Source: an uncultured Veillonellaceae bacterium
GTDB lineage: Bacteria; Bacillota; Negativicutes; Veillonellales; Megasphaeraceae
Direction: 5' to 3'
DNA: 64,000 bases
Assembly: GCA_900546795.1 (NCBI GenBank)
Contig: UREG01000001.1
Coordinates: forward strand, 29,845-93,844
Of this stretch, positions 30,372 to 39,110 are shown in pieces. Position 1 is the stretch's first letter. Every line of letters starts with the position of its first letter. The notes beneath the pieces were generated by a model, which worked only from the letters and a program-made list of their open reading frames with translations, did not search any database and was not told where the DNA came from. The translations under genes and the position numbers were made by a program.

Positions 30372-31562
30372 TTAAATAACGCCTTTTTCTTCCAAGGCTT
30401 TCAATTCTTCTTCCTCCAATCCCAGCCACTGCCGATATACTTCCGCATTGTGTTCGCCCAGTTTCGGACCAGCCCACTTGATTTCTCCCGGCGTTTCGCT
30501 GAATACCGGCGTGATCCCCGGCATTTTAATGGTTCCCAGCGGTTCATACGGCACTTCTACGATATCGTTTCGATACTGGTACTGCGGGTCGTTAAAGATA
30601 TCTTCGATATCGTATACCAGATTGACCGGCACGCCTTCTTTATCCGCAATAGATTTAATTTCCTGATACGTATGGCTGTGAATCCATTCTCTTACAATCG
30701 CGTCGATTTCCGGATCGTGTTCCACCCGCGCCTTCATCGTGCAGAAATGCGGATGTTCCCTGAGTTCTTCTTTTCCCATAGCCGTCGTCAGATATTCCCA
30801 GGTACGATCTGTACTGCATACCAAAACCACCCATTTTCCGTCTGCGGTTTCATACGTCCCTCCCGGGCTGGAAGTGCCGGACAATTTTGGTTTTCTTGTG
30901 CGGATAATTCCGTTTTTATCGTACTCTGCCACAAGAATTTCCATCATACGGAAAATTCCTTCGTACAGACTAACGTCAATTTCCTGCCCTTTTCCTTTTA
31001 ATACATCTCGATGATACAAAGCCATCATCGTAGCAAAGGTTGCATACAATCCGGCAATATAGTCCGTCAGAGAAAACGACGGGCTGACCGGCGGCCGGTC
31101 CGGATAGCCGGTGATAAAGGTCATGCCGGAAAATGCCGTAGCCGGCGTACCAAATCCGGCGACTTTTTTATACGGTCCTGTCTGGCCGTAGCCGGTTACA
31201 TGGGTCAGGATAATATCCGGATTGGCTTCTTTCATCTTGCTGTAACCGATTCCCCATTTATCCAGCGTTCCCGTTTTAAAATTTTCAATAACCACATCCG
31301 CCTGTTTGACCATATCCAGCAGCATGCGTTTCCCTTCGTCCGTATGAAGATCGAGGGTAACGGATTTTTTATTCCGCCCCATAGCAGCCCAGCGCATGGC
31401 TTTCCCATCGTGATACGGCCCGAGCCGGCGGAATGGATCGCCGGTTTTCGGCATTTCTATCTTAATCACTTCCGCGCCAAAATCCGCCATCAATCCAGCC
31501 GCAAACGGAGCGGCAATAACCGTAGATAAATCCAATACTTTTACACCTTCCAACAGTTTCAT
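30372..31562 (-). CDS. Family III CoA-transferase (CaiB/BaiF family).
   Basis: 396 aa. GVKVLDLS...APFAAGLMADFGAEVIKIE N-terminal motif of family III CoA-transferases. Confidence 0.88.
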   Translation of the reverse strand: MKLLEGVKVLDLSTVIAAPFAAGLMADFGAEVIKIEMPKTGDPFRRLGPYHDGKAMRWAAMGRNKKSVTLDLHTDEGKRMLLDMVKQADVVIENFKTGTLDKWGIGYSKMKEANPDIILTHVTGYGQTGPYKKVAGFGTPATAFSGMTFITGYPDRPPVSPSFSLTDYIAGLYATFATMMALYHRDVLKGKGQEIDVSLYEGIFRMMEILVAEYDKNGIIRTRKPKLSGTSSPGGTYETADGKWVVLVCSTDRTWEYLTTAMGKEELREHPHFCTMKARVEHDPEIDAIVREWIHSHTYQEIKSIADKEGVPVNLVYDIEDIFNDPQYQYRNDIVEVPYEPLGTIKMPGITPVFSETPGEIKWAGPKLGEHNAEVYRQWLGLEEEELKALEEKGVI

Positions 31563-31597
31563 ACGTATCTCTCCTTTTTCATTTTAGTATCGTTTTC

Positions 31598-33045
31598 TTT
31601 ATCGTTATGCTGCTTTTACCAAAGTCCCAATACTTTCCAGAATCCTAATCCTACCGTGAAGTACACGACTACGTTCCACAGCGCATAGATTCCTCCCAGT
31701 TTCCACCATTCCTGCTGCGTTACATATCCGGTCCCATACAGCACCGGCCCCAGCGCTCCGCCGTAATGCGTCAGGCCGCATCCGTATGCCGTGCACGCCG
31801 CTACCATATACGTCAGCACTTCCGCCGGAATATTTGCTACCATTCCCAGCGTAAACGCTACCGGCACAAACGCCGTTACAAACGCTCCCATCGACGCAAA
31901 CAGGTATCGGGTGACGATGCATACTCCGATGATAATTCCCAGCACCGTCAGCATTCCCATCGATTCCAATGCCAGATAGCTCTGCACCCATTTTGCCAGC
32001 CATACGAAGAAGTTTGCTTTGGCCAGCGACGCCGACAAGCCTACGATAAACCCGAACCAGATCAGCGTATTCCACGCGCTCTTATTTTCCAGCACGTCCT
32101 GTATCGTAAACAAATCCAGCAGCAGCGCCAAAGCCAGGAACGCCAGCGCTACGCACGTTGCGTTCAGTTTCAGGATATCTCCCATTGCCCAGCCGGCAAT
32201 TGCCAGAACAAACAAGACGACCAGGATTTTTTCCGTCCGTTTCATCGGCCCTAATTCTGCCAGCCCTTTTTCCGAGATTTCTCTTGCGTTCGGAATTTTC
32301 TTCAATTCCGGCGGATACAGTTTGTACAGCATGATCGGTATCGTAAACAGTACCAAAAGTCCCGGCACGCTCATTGCCAGCGCCCAGCTTGCCCAGGTCA
32401 CGTCCGCTCCCAATATCTTTCTGGCAAAGTCCACCGTTACCAGATTCGGCGAGCAGGCCGTAATAAATATCCCGGCGGTCGTAAAGCTTACCAGCGCCTG
32501 CAGGATCGTAAACAGCGACCCGATTTTTCTTCTCGTTTCTCCCGGTTCGCTTCCCAGCGTCGTGGCGATGCTTCGAAATACCGGCCATACGATCCCGCCG
32601 GACCGCGCCGTATTCGACGGCGTTGCCGGGCTGATGATCAAGTCTACAATGGCCATTACATAACTAAGTCCCAGTGTCGTTCCCCCGAATTTTCCGATCA
32701 GCCAATAGGATATTCTCGTTCCTATCCCTGTTTTTACAAATGCCATGCTGATCAAAAAGGCGATAAATACCAGCCACACCGTGGTGGTGGCAAACCCGTT
32801 GAGCACGTTTGCCGGTTTCGTCATCAAACTTCCCAGACCGGCTACTACAATGAGCACGCTCGATTCCCCTGCCGGCCGAATGATCAGCCCTACGATCGAT
32901 GCGATATAAATCCCCAGCAATACCATCGCATCTGCTGTCAATCCTTCCGGCGGCGTCATGTGTCCGATTCCCACCATCAGGATACCCAAGATCAGCCATT
33001 TGATCCCCGTCATTTTTGCTTTTCCTTCCATGTCCCTTCTCCCCT
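31598..33045. repeat. Copy 1 of an exact direct repeat of about 1.45 kb (RBS, citT-like CDS and about 20 bp of 3' flank).
   Basis: Nucleotide-for-nucleotide identical to 37413-38860 (offset 5815 bp). Flanking sequences diverge immediately outside these boundaries. Confidence 0.9.
31616..33031 (-). CDS. citT: DASS-family di/tricarboxylate transporter (CitT / SodiT1-like anion permease), copy 1.
   Basis: 471 aa polytopic protein with a characteristic duplicated SNT/SGG hairpin motif (PSNTARSGG...). Protein sequence identical to the copy at 37431-38846. Confidence 0.85.
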   Translation of the reverse strand: MEGKAKMTGIKWLILGILMVGIGHMTPPEGLTADAMVLLGIYIASIVGLIIRPAGESSVLIVVAGLGSLMTKPANVLNGFATTTVWLVFIAFLISMAFVKTGIGTRISYWLIGKFGGTTLGLSYVMAIVDLIISPATPSNTARSGGIVWPVFRSIATTLGSEPGETRRKIGSLFTILQALVSFTTAGIFITACSPNLVTVDFARKILGADVTWASWALAMSVPGLLVLFTIPIMLYKLYPPELKKIPNAREISEKGLAELGPMKRTEKILVVLFVLAIAGWAMGDILKLNATCVALAFLALALLLDLFTIQDVLENKSAWNTLIWFGFIVGLSASLAKANFFVWLAKWVQSYLALESMGMLTVLGIIIGVCIVTRYLFASMGAFVTAFVPVAFTLGMVANIPAEVLTYMVAACTAYGCGLTHYGGALGPVLYGTGYVTQQEWWKLGGIYALWNVVVYFTVGLGFWKVLGLW

Positions 33046-33286
33046 TCTCAATTTCCGTTTTACGAAAACTGATTTTTATTTATCTTCATCATATCATTCT
33101 GCATTTTCATCAGCAATAAAGGGATTTCTCCCCCTATTTTCAGCTATGCATGCGGTGAAATACGCAAAAAGCCAGAACACATCGGACTGAAAGATGGTTC
33201 TGGCTTTTCCTGTTATATTTACTTTTTATTTTATATGACAAAATGTCATTTTCGTGTAACAAAAATGATTTTTTCCGTATGCTATT

Positions 33287-34036
33287 TTATCCCGGCTGGT
33301 TCCCCTTGTATCCCATTTCCTGCGATATTTTCAGCGCATATCCTTTTACAGCCTCTACTTTATCATACAAATCTTCGCTGATAATACGGGCGGAAGGGCC
33401 GGACAAACTAAAGGCACCCATGATTTTTCCCTGTCCGTTGAAAATAGGCGCCGCAATAGCAGCCACTCCGCTGCTTCGCTCCCCATTCGTAACCGAATAG
33501 CCTTTAGCCCGCACCCGCTCCATGCGATTCTGCAGGGCTTCATCGCTGCCGATCAGCTCTTCCTGAATCCGTTCCGGCGCATAGGCCAAGAGCACCCGCC
33601 CGGACGCTCCCAGTTTTACAGAATACAATTCGCCTATCGTAATAACCTGCCGGAGACTTTGCGTGCTTTCCAGCCGCTCAATGCAGACTTTCTTATCCCC
33701 TTGCCGGATATACAGGCTGATGGTTTCATTAAATTCTTTCCTCAGTTCCGTCATATAGGGCTTGATAACGGCCTTCAGCATTTCCAGCGACGCGCCTTTT
33801 CCCACCGAACCCAGATAGGTAATCTTCGGCCCGAGAGAGTATTTTTTCGATTCTTCATTCCGAAATAAATAGTTTTTATTTTCCATCGTTTTCATGATAC
33901 GGAATGCCGTACTCGGAGATAAATCGGTCAGCTCCGCAATTTCCATCATGGACAATTCCTGCCGGCTCTCCGAAAAACATTCCAGAATAGAAAACGCCCG
34001 ATCCAACACTTTTATATTTTCATCGGCCTTATTCAT
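33287..34036 (-). CDS. IclR-family transcriptional regulator.
   Basis: 249 aa with an N-terminal wHTH (VLDRAFSILECF...MEIAELTDLSPSTAFRIMKTM) and a C-terminal effector domain. Confidence 0.88.
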   Translation of the reverse strand: MNKADENIKVLDRAFSILECFSESRQELSMMEIAELTDLSPSTAFRIMKTMENKNYLFRNEESKKYSLGPKITYLGSVGKGASLEMLKAVIKPYMTELRKEFNETISLYIRQGDKKVCIERLESTQSLRQVITIGELYSVKLGASGRVLLAYAPERIQEELIGSDEALQNRMERVRAKGYSVTNGERSSGVAAIAAPIFNGQGKIMGAFSLSGPSARIISEDLYDKVEAVKGYALKISQEMGYKGNQPG

Positions 34037-34173
34037 CCTACCACCTTCTCTGTTCCCCTAGATATCACTGCTTTCTGAAATATACATAGTATAGCATGAA
34101 TGCGTACAATGCGAAAGGCAAACAAAAAAGGCCGCTGTATAACAGCAGCCTTTTTCTTTCTATGCAGCAAGGA

Positions 34174-34725
34174 TCAGATCATGCCTACGAACGATTTTAG
34201 CATTTCAAAGTTCAGCATATCCGCATGGTAAATGACAACGCCTTCCGGGCTTCTCAGCGTTCCATTGCCTTCATGGGCATGGTTGGCAATGATATGCGCC
34301 ACCTCGCAGGGCAAATCAAATTTCATTGCCAGGCCCGCGCCGGAAAATGGATGGCGGAGATTTTTCCCTATATAGGATTTTACAAATTTCCCATCTTCAT
34401 TTTTGGTATATTCAATGATTTTACCTACGTCGTGAAGAAGTGCGCCGGCAATCAGATAGTCAAAGTTCAGGGCATATTTTTCTTCATATAACCCTTTGGC
34501 TTCCTGATACGCCTGATAGGACATGCGGGTAACGGCCCGTACATGCGTGCGGTAGCTGATAATGGTATCCGGAATGACCAGCGTAAAAGGAAGTACGTCT
34601 ACGTCTTCTAATTCCCAGTTTCCCATTTTCAGCGCTTCCCGATATACCATTTCCACTTGGCTGCGCAGCATTTCATCCTGAATCCATTCTACTTCCGGAA
34701 ATGCTTCTTTAAACGATTGATACAT
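34174..34725 (-). CDS. HD-domain metal-dependent phosphohydrolase, function unknown. Embedded in the cit-like operon.
   Basis: 183 aa with H...HD motif (ALLHDVGK) and downstream His/Asp ligands. Confidence 0.7.
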   Translation of the reverse strand: MYQSFKEAFPEVEWIQDEMLRSQVEMVYREALKMGNWELEDVDVLPFTLVIPDTIISYRTHVRAVTRMSYQAYQEAKGLYEEKYALNFDYLIAGALLHDVGKIIEYTKNEDGKFVKSYIGKNLRHPFSGAGLAMKFDLPCEVAHIIANHAHEGNGTLRSPEGVVIYHADMLNFEMLKSFVGMI

Positions 34726-34738
34726 AGTGCGTCTCCTC

Positions 34739-36244
34739 CTATTTTACATTGCGAATGACATCGATGATCCGTCCGTCCCGATATTCTACGATACCGCCCA
34801 GAACGTCTCCAAATTCCGTGTCTTTCGGCCGGCCTGCCAATTTATAGGCTTTGGCCTGCAATTCTTCTATCGTAAACTGCGGTACATTAAGCGTCTGGAA
34901 CCGCTCTTTCAAATCTTCCCGCAGCGGATTGACTGCAATGCCGTATTCCGTAACGAGCACGTCAATCGTGCTGCCCGGCGTTACAATCGTATTGACCCGA
35001 TCCAAGATCATAGGCAGGCGTCCCCGCAGAAGAGGCATGGTAACCATGCTCATTTTCGCCCCTGCCGCCGCGTCCGGATGTCCGCCGGGAGCGCCGATCA
35101 GTTTGCCGTACGAGTTTGTCAGCACATTTACATTAAAATCCAAGTCCATTTCCGTCGCGCTCAGCACCGCTACGTCCAGCAGATTAACATTCGGGTTTTC
35201 TTCAAACGGATTGGCATACGTCGATGCCGATACTTCATGGTGGCCCGCATTCTGTTTAATGGAATAGATAATGCTCGTATCAAAGGTTTGCGGATCGTAT
35301 ACATCCTGAATCCAGCCGTCTTCGAGCATGCTGACCAGCGCGCCGGTCATGCCGCCTACAGCAGACGAAGCATGGATGTTTTGTTTTTCCATTTCTTTGC
35401 GGATCGCCGCCGCCGTACTGATAGCTATGCCGCCGCTTCCAAACTGGAACGACATGCCTTCTTTAAAATACTCGGAAGCCTGAATCACCTGCGCTGCGTA
35501 AGAAGCTATGAGCCGTTCTACCGGGCTTTTTGCCGGCCGGATGGAGCCGGTTGCGATTCCTGCCGGATCACCTACCGAGTCAACTTCTACAATATAATCT
35601 ACCTGATTTCCCAGAATGCTGATATATTCCAGCTTCGTATCGCTCAGGCAGTCCGTAACGGCCACTACCTGTTTTGCATACGCCGCGTCCACCATGGCAT
35701 ATCCCAGCGAGCCGCAGGCCGTCGTTCCATCTACGCCGTTGATATTTCCTTCCCGATCACAGCACGGCGCCGCGATAAAGGCTACATCGATCGGCAGTTC
35801 CCCTGTGGAAATGGCTCTGGCCCGTCCTCCGTGCGTACGGAACATAGCCGGTTTTGCCAATTTTCCCGCCTGTATCCACGAGCCGAGTTTCCCCCTGGCT
35901 CCGCTCGTATCGATCGCCGTAATCGTGCCGTCTTCCAAATACGGCAGCAGCGCGTCCTGCACCAGGCTAAGCGAACTGGCAGACAGCGTAAGTCCTTTGA
36001 TTCCTTTTTCATGGATCGCCGCAAATACGAGCTGCATGAGAATATCGCCGTTTCTAAAGTGGTGATGGAAAGAAACCGTCATGCCGTCCGTTAATCCCAC
36101 CGCATCAATTGCCTGCCGCAGATCTTTGAGCAGCTGCGCCGGAGCCGCCGCTTTGCGTACCGGCAGCAAAGGGCGTTTCGGTACGGTTACCGCCGGATCA
36201 TACCATTCTTTTTTCAAATCCCCCGTCAGTTCCTGCACGTCCAT
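34739..36244 (-). CDS. citF: Citrate lyase alpha subunit homologue (citrate CoA-transferase / citrate:acetyl-ACP transferase family).
   Basis: 501 aa, full-length CitF-family protein. Immediately downstream of citE with stop and start adjacent. Confidence 0.9.
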   Translation of the reverse strand: MDVQELTGDLKKEWYDPAVTVPKRPLLPVRKAAAPAQLLKDLRQAIDAVGLTDGMTVSFHHHFRNGDILMQLVFAAIHEKGIKGLTLSASSLSLVQDALLPYLEDGTITAIDTSGARGKLGSWIQAGKLAKPAMFRTHGGRARAISTGELPIDVAFIAAPCCDREGNINGVDGTTACGSLGYAMVDAAYAKQVVAVTDCLSDTKLEYISILGNQVDYIVEVDSVGDPAGIATGSIRPAKSPVERLIASYAAQVIQASEYFKEGMSFQFGSGGIAISTAAAIRKEMEKQNIHASSAVGGMTGALVSMLEDGWIQDVYDPQTFDTSIIYSIKQNAGHHEVSASTYANPFEENPNVNLLDVAVLSATEMDLDFNVNVLTNSYGKLIGAPGGHPDAAAGAKMSMVTMPLLRGRLPMILDRVNTIVTPGSTIDVLVTEYGIAVNPLREDLKERFQTLNVPQFTIEELQAKAYKLAGRPKDTEFGDVLGGIVEYRDGRIIDVIRNVK

Positions 36245-37117
36245 TTACAGCACCCCCGATTCTTTGGCGTATTCCAGTATCTCTTTCGCCCGCGTTACCA
36301 TCGGCATATCGATCATTTTTCCGTTCAGGGAAATTACGCCGGAGCCGGCAGCCACCGCTTCGTCATAAGCCGCTAAAACCGCCTGCGAATGGGTGATCTG
36401 TTTTTCCGACGGCGTGTAAATTTCGTGTACGATCGGAATCTGATCCGGATGAACTACTGATTTGCCCGTATAGCCGAGCAGTTTGCCCTGAGCCGCGTTT
36501 TCGCGGAATCCTTCCGTATTTTTTACATCGCTGTACACAAAATCCAACACCAATACTTTTGCCGCATGGCCTTCCAAGACAAATTTTGCCCGGGCATATT
36601 CCATTTCTTTGCCTTCTGCGGTACGCGTCGTTTTCATATCCGTTACGAAATCTTCCGCTCCCAGTCCGATTGCCAGCACGCGGGGCGAAGCGGACGCAAT
36701 GCGGTAGGCGTTGTATACTCCCAGCGCCGTTTCGATCGTGCAGACTATCTTGATGGTCCCTTCTTCCATACCATGTTTCCGTTCTTCTATCCCGATCATT
36801 TTATCTAAGGTCAGCACATCTTCCGGCGTTTCCGTTTTAGAAAGGCGAAGGAAATCCGGGCGAAGCGGCACCATAGCCCGCACGTCATCGGCTGCAAACG
36901 GCGTATCCAGCGCATTAATGCGCACGCCGATCCGAATATCCGGCCGTATTTCTTTCATCGCATACGATACGAGAATGCGGGCGCTTTCTTTTTCGCCTAC
37001 CGATACGGAGTCTTCCAAATCATAGATAATGCAGTCCGGCCGGTATACTTCTGCTTTGGCAATTTTTTTCGGGTCGTTGCCCGGTACGAAAAATAAGGTA
37101 CGGTATAAGGAATTCAT
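36245..37117 (-). CDS. citE: Citrate lyase beta subunit homologue (citryl-CoA / citramalyl-CoA lyase, HpcH/CitE family).
   Basis: 290 aa with CitE-family motifs (LRRTLFFVPGN..., DLEDSV). Overlaps citD by 4 nt. Confidence 0.88.
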   Translation of the reverse strand: MNSLYRTLFFVPGNDPKKIAKAEVYRPDCIIYDLEDSVSVGEKESARILVSYAMKEIRPDIRIGVRINALDTPFAADDVRAMVPLRPDFLRLSKTETPEDVLTLDKMIGIEERKHGMEEGTIKIVCTIETALGVYNAYRIASASPRVLAIGLGAEDFVTDMKTTRTAEGKEMEYARAKFVLEGHAAKVLVLDFVYSDVKNTEGFRENAAQGKLLGYTGKSVVHPDQIPIVHEIYTPSEKQITHSQAVLAAYDEAVAAGSGVISLNGKMIDMPMVTRAKEILEYAKESGVL

Positions 37118-37401
37118 ATGCGTCCCTCCTGTTTCTGCCAGCGTAAAATGGCGGTTTCAATCCGCGCTTTCCAAGCAAAATCCAATGCGCCTAAATCCGA
37201 AGCGGCCAGCCGAACGCCGGTCAGCCCGTGTTTGTTCAGCATGTCTTCCACCAAAGCCTGAATATGATCGCCATATTTTGCGGCTACTTTGCTTTCAATC
37301 TGGATTTCATTTTCCGTTTGTTCCGGCACGATCTCAAAGCGGATGAACACATCTTCTTTTTTATCCGTTCCGGCCGTTACACATTTATCTGTAAAGTCCA
37401 T
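37114..37401 (-). CDS. citD: Citrate lyase gamma-subunit (acyl carrier protein) homologue that lacks the conserved prosthetic-group serine.
   Basis: 95 aa, collinear with enterobacterial CitD (AGT...DV.IR, GALD..L.AR). The Ser14 position (LESGD, as recalled from enterobacterial CitD) is DKKED here. No Ser is present in residues 1-36. Confidence 0.78.
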   Translation of the reverse strand: MDFTDKCVTAGTDKKEDVFIRFEIVPEQTENEIQIESKVAAKYGDHIQALVEDMLNKHGLTGVRLAASDLGALDFAWKARIETAILRWQKQEGRI

Positions 37402-37412
37402 GATATCTCTCC

Positions 37413-38860
37413 TTTATCGTTATGCTGCTTTTACCAAAGTCCCAATACTTTCCAGAATCCTAATCCTACCGTGAAGTACACGACTACGTTCCACAGCGCA
37501 TAGATTCCTCCCAGTTTCCACCATTCCTGCTGCGTTACATATCCGGTCCCATACAGCACCGGCCCCAGCGCTCCGCCGTAATGCGTCAGGCCGCATCCGT
37601 ATGCCGTGCACGCCGCTACCATATACGTCAGCACTTCCGCCGGAATATTTGCTACCATTCCCAGCGTAAACGCTACCGGCACAAACGCCGTTACAAACGC
37701 TCCCATCGACGCAAACAGGTATCGGGTGACGATGCATACTCCGATGATAATTCCCAGCACCGTCAGCATTCCCATCGATTCCAATGCCAGATAGCTCTGC
37801 ACCCATTTTGCCAGCCATACGAAGAAGTTTGCTTTGGCCAGCGACGCCGACAAGCCTACGATAAACCCGAACCAGATCAGCGTATTCCACGCGCTCTTAT
37901 TTTCCAGCACGTCCTGTATCGTAAACAAATCCAGCAGCAGCGCCAAAGCCAGGAACGCCAGCGCTACGCACGTTGCGTTCAGTTTCAGGATATCTCCCAT
38001 TGCCCAGCCGGCAATTGCCAGAACAAACAAGACGACCAGGATTTTTTCCGTCCGTTTCATCGGCCCTAATTCTGCCAGCCCTTTTTCCGAGATTTCTCTT
38101 GCGTTCGGAATTTTCTTCAATTCCGGCGGATACAGTTTGTACAGCATGATCGGTATCGTAAACAGTACCAAAAGTCCCGGCACGCTCATTGCCAGCGCCC
38201 AGCTTGCCCAGGTCACGTCCGCTCCCAATATCTTTCTGGCAAAGTCCACCGTTACCAGATTCGGCGAGCAGGCCGTAATAAATATCCCGGCGGTCGTAAA
38301 GCTTACCAGCGCCTGCAGGATCGTAAACAGCGACCCGATTTTTCTTCTCGTTTCTCCCGGTTCGCTTCCCAGCGTCGTGGCGATGCTTCGAAATACCGGC
38401 CATACGATCCCGCCGGACCGCGCCGTATTCGACGGCGTTGCCGGGCTGATGATCAAGTCTACAATGGCCATTACATAACTAAGTCCCAGTGTCGTTCCCC
38501 CGAATTTTCCGATCAGCCAATAGGATATTCTCGTTCCTATCCCTGTTTTTACAAATGCCATGCTGATCAAAAAGGCGATAAATACCAGCCACACCGTGGT
38601 GGTGGCAAACCCGTTGAGCACGTTTGCCGGTTTCGTCATCAAACTTCCCAGACCGGCTACTACAATGAGCACGCTCGATTCCCCTGCCGGCCGAATGATC
38701 AGCCCTACGATCGATGCGATATAAATCCCCAGCAATACCATCGCATCTGCTGTCAATCCTTCCGGCGGCGTCATGTGTCCGATTCCCACCATCAGGATAC
38801 CCAAGATCAGCCATTTGATCCCCGTCATTTTTGCTTTTCCTTCCATGTCCCTTCTCCCCT
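37413..38860. repeat. Copy 2 of the exact direct repeat of about 1.45 kb.
   Basis: Identical to 31598-33045. Together the two copies bracket citD-citE-citF-HD-iclR (about 4.4 kb). Confidence 0.9.
37431..38846 (-). CDS. citT: DASS-family di/tricarboxylate transporter (CitT-like), copy 2, identical to copy 1.
   Basis: 471 aa with 100% amino-acid identity to the ORF at 31616-33031. Heads the citDEF gene block. Confidence 0.85.
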   Translation of the reverse strand: MEGKAKMTGIKWLILGILMVGIGHMTPPEGLTADAMVLLGIYIASIVGLIIRPAGESSVLIVVAGLGSLMTKPANVLNGFATTTVWLVFIAFLISMAFVKTGIGTRISYWLIGKFGGTTLGLSYVMAIVDLIISPATPSNTARSGGIVWPVFRSIATTLGSEPGETRRKIGSLFTILQALVSFTTAGIFITACSPNLVTVDFARKILGADVTWASWALAMSVPGLLVLFTIPIMLYKLYPPELKKIPNAREISEKGLAELGPMKRTEKILVVLFVLAIAGWAMGDILKLNATCVALAFLALALLLDLFTIQDVLENKSAWNTLIWFGFIVGLSASLAKANFFVWLAKWVQSYLALESMGMLTVLGIIIGVCIVTRYLFASMGAFVTAFVPVAFTLGMVANIPAEVLTYMVAACTAYGCGLTHYGGALGPVLYGTGYVTQQEWWKLGGIYALWNVVVYFTVGLGFWKVLGLW

Positions 38861-38872
38861 TAATTCATTTAC

Positions 38873-39097
38873 TCAATCATCACTCTTCCAACCATGGATA
38901 TAAAAGCCGGCAAACGCCAGTACACCGCTGATCGCCGCTGCGGCATACGTCGGCTTGCTCAGATAATTTTTCGCAGCCAATGCCAGCGATCCGTCCAGCA
39001 TCACAACCCCGATCGCCTGCATCAGCACGATCCCCGTGCCCATCAGCATGAATAAGAACACGCCGATTGCAAATATATTATCTAACATCCGTTTCAT
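38873..39097 (-). CDS. Small two-TM membrane protein (about 74 aa from MKRMLDNIF). Start overlaps the DctM-like stop by 20 nt and is probably translationally coupled to it. Possible accessory subunit.
   Basis: Two hydrophobic helices. Overlaps the upstream DctM-like gene. No recognisable DctQ homology. Confidence 0.4.
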   Translation of the reverse strand: MKRMLDNIFAIGVFLFMLMGTGIVLMQAIGVVMLDGSLALAAKNYLSKPTYAAAAISGVLAFAGFYIHGWKSDD

Positions 39098-39110
39098 ATG
39101 ATCCCTCCTG

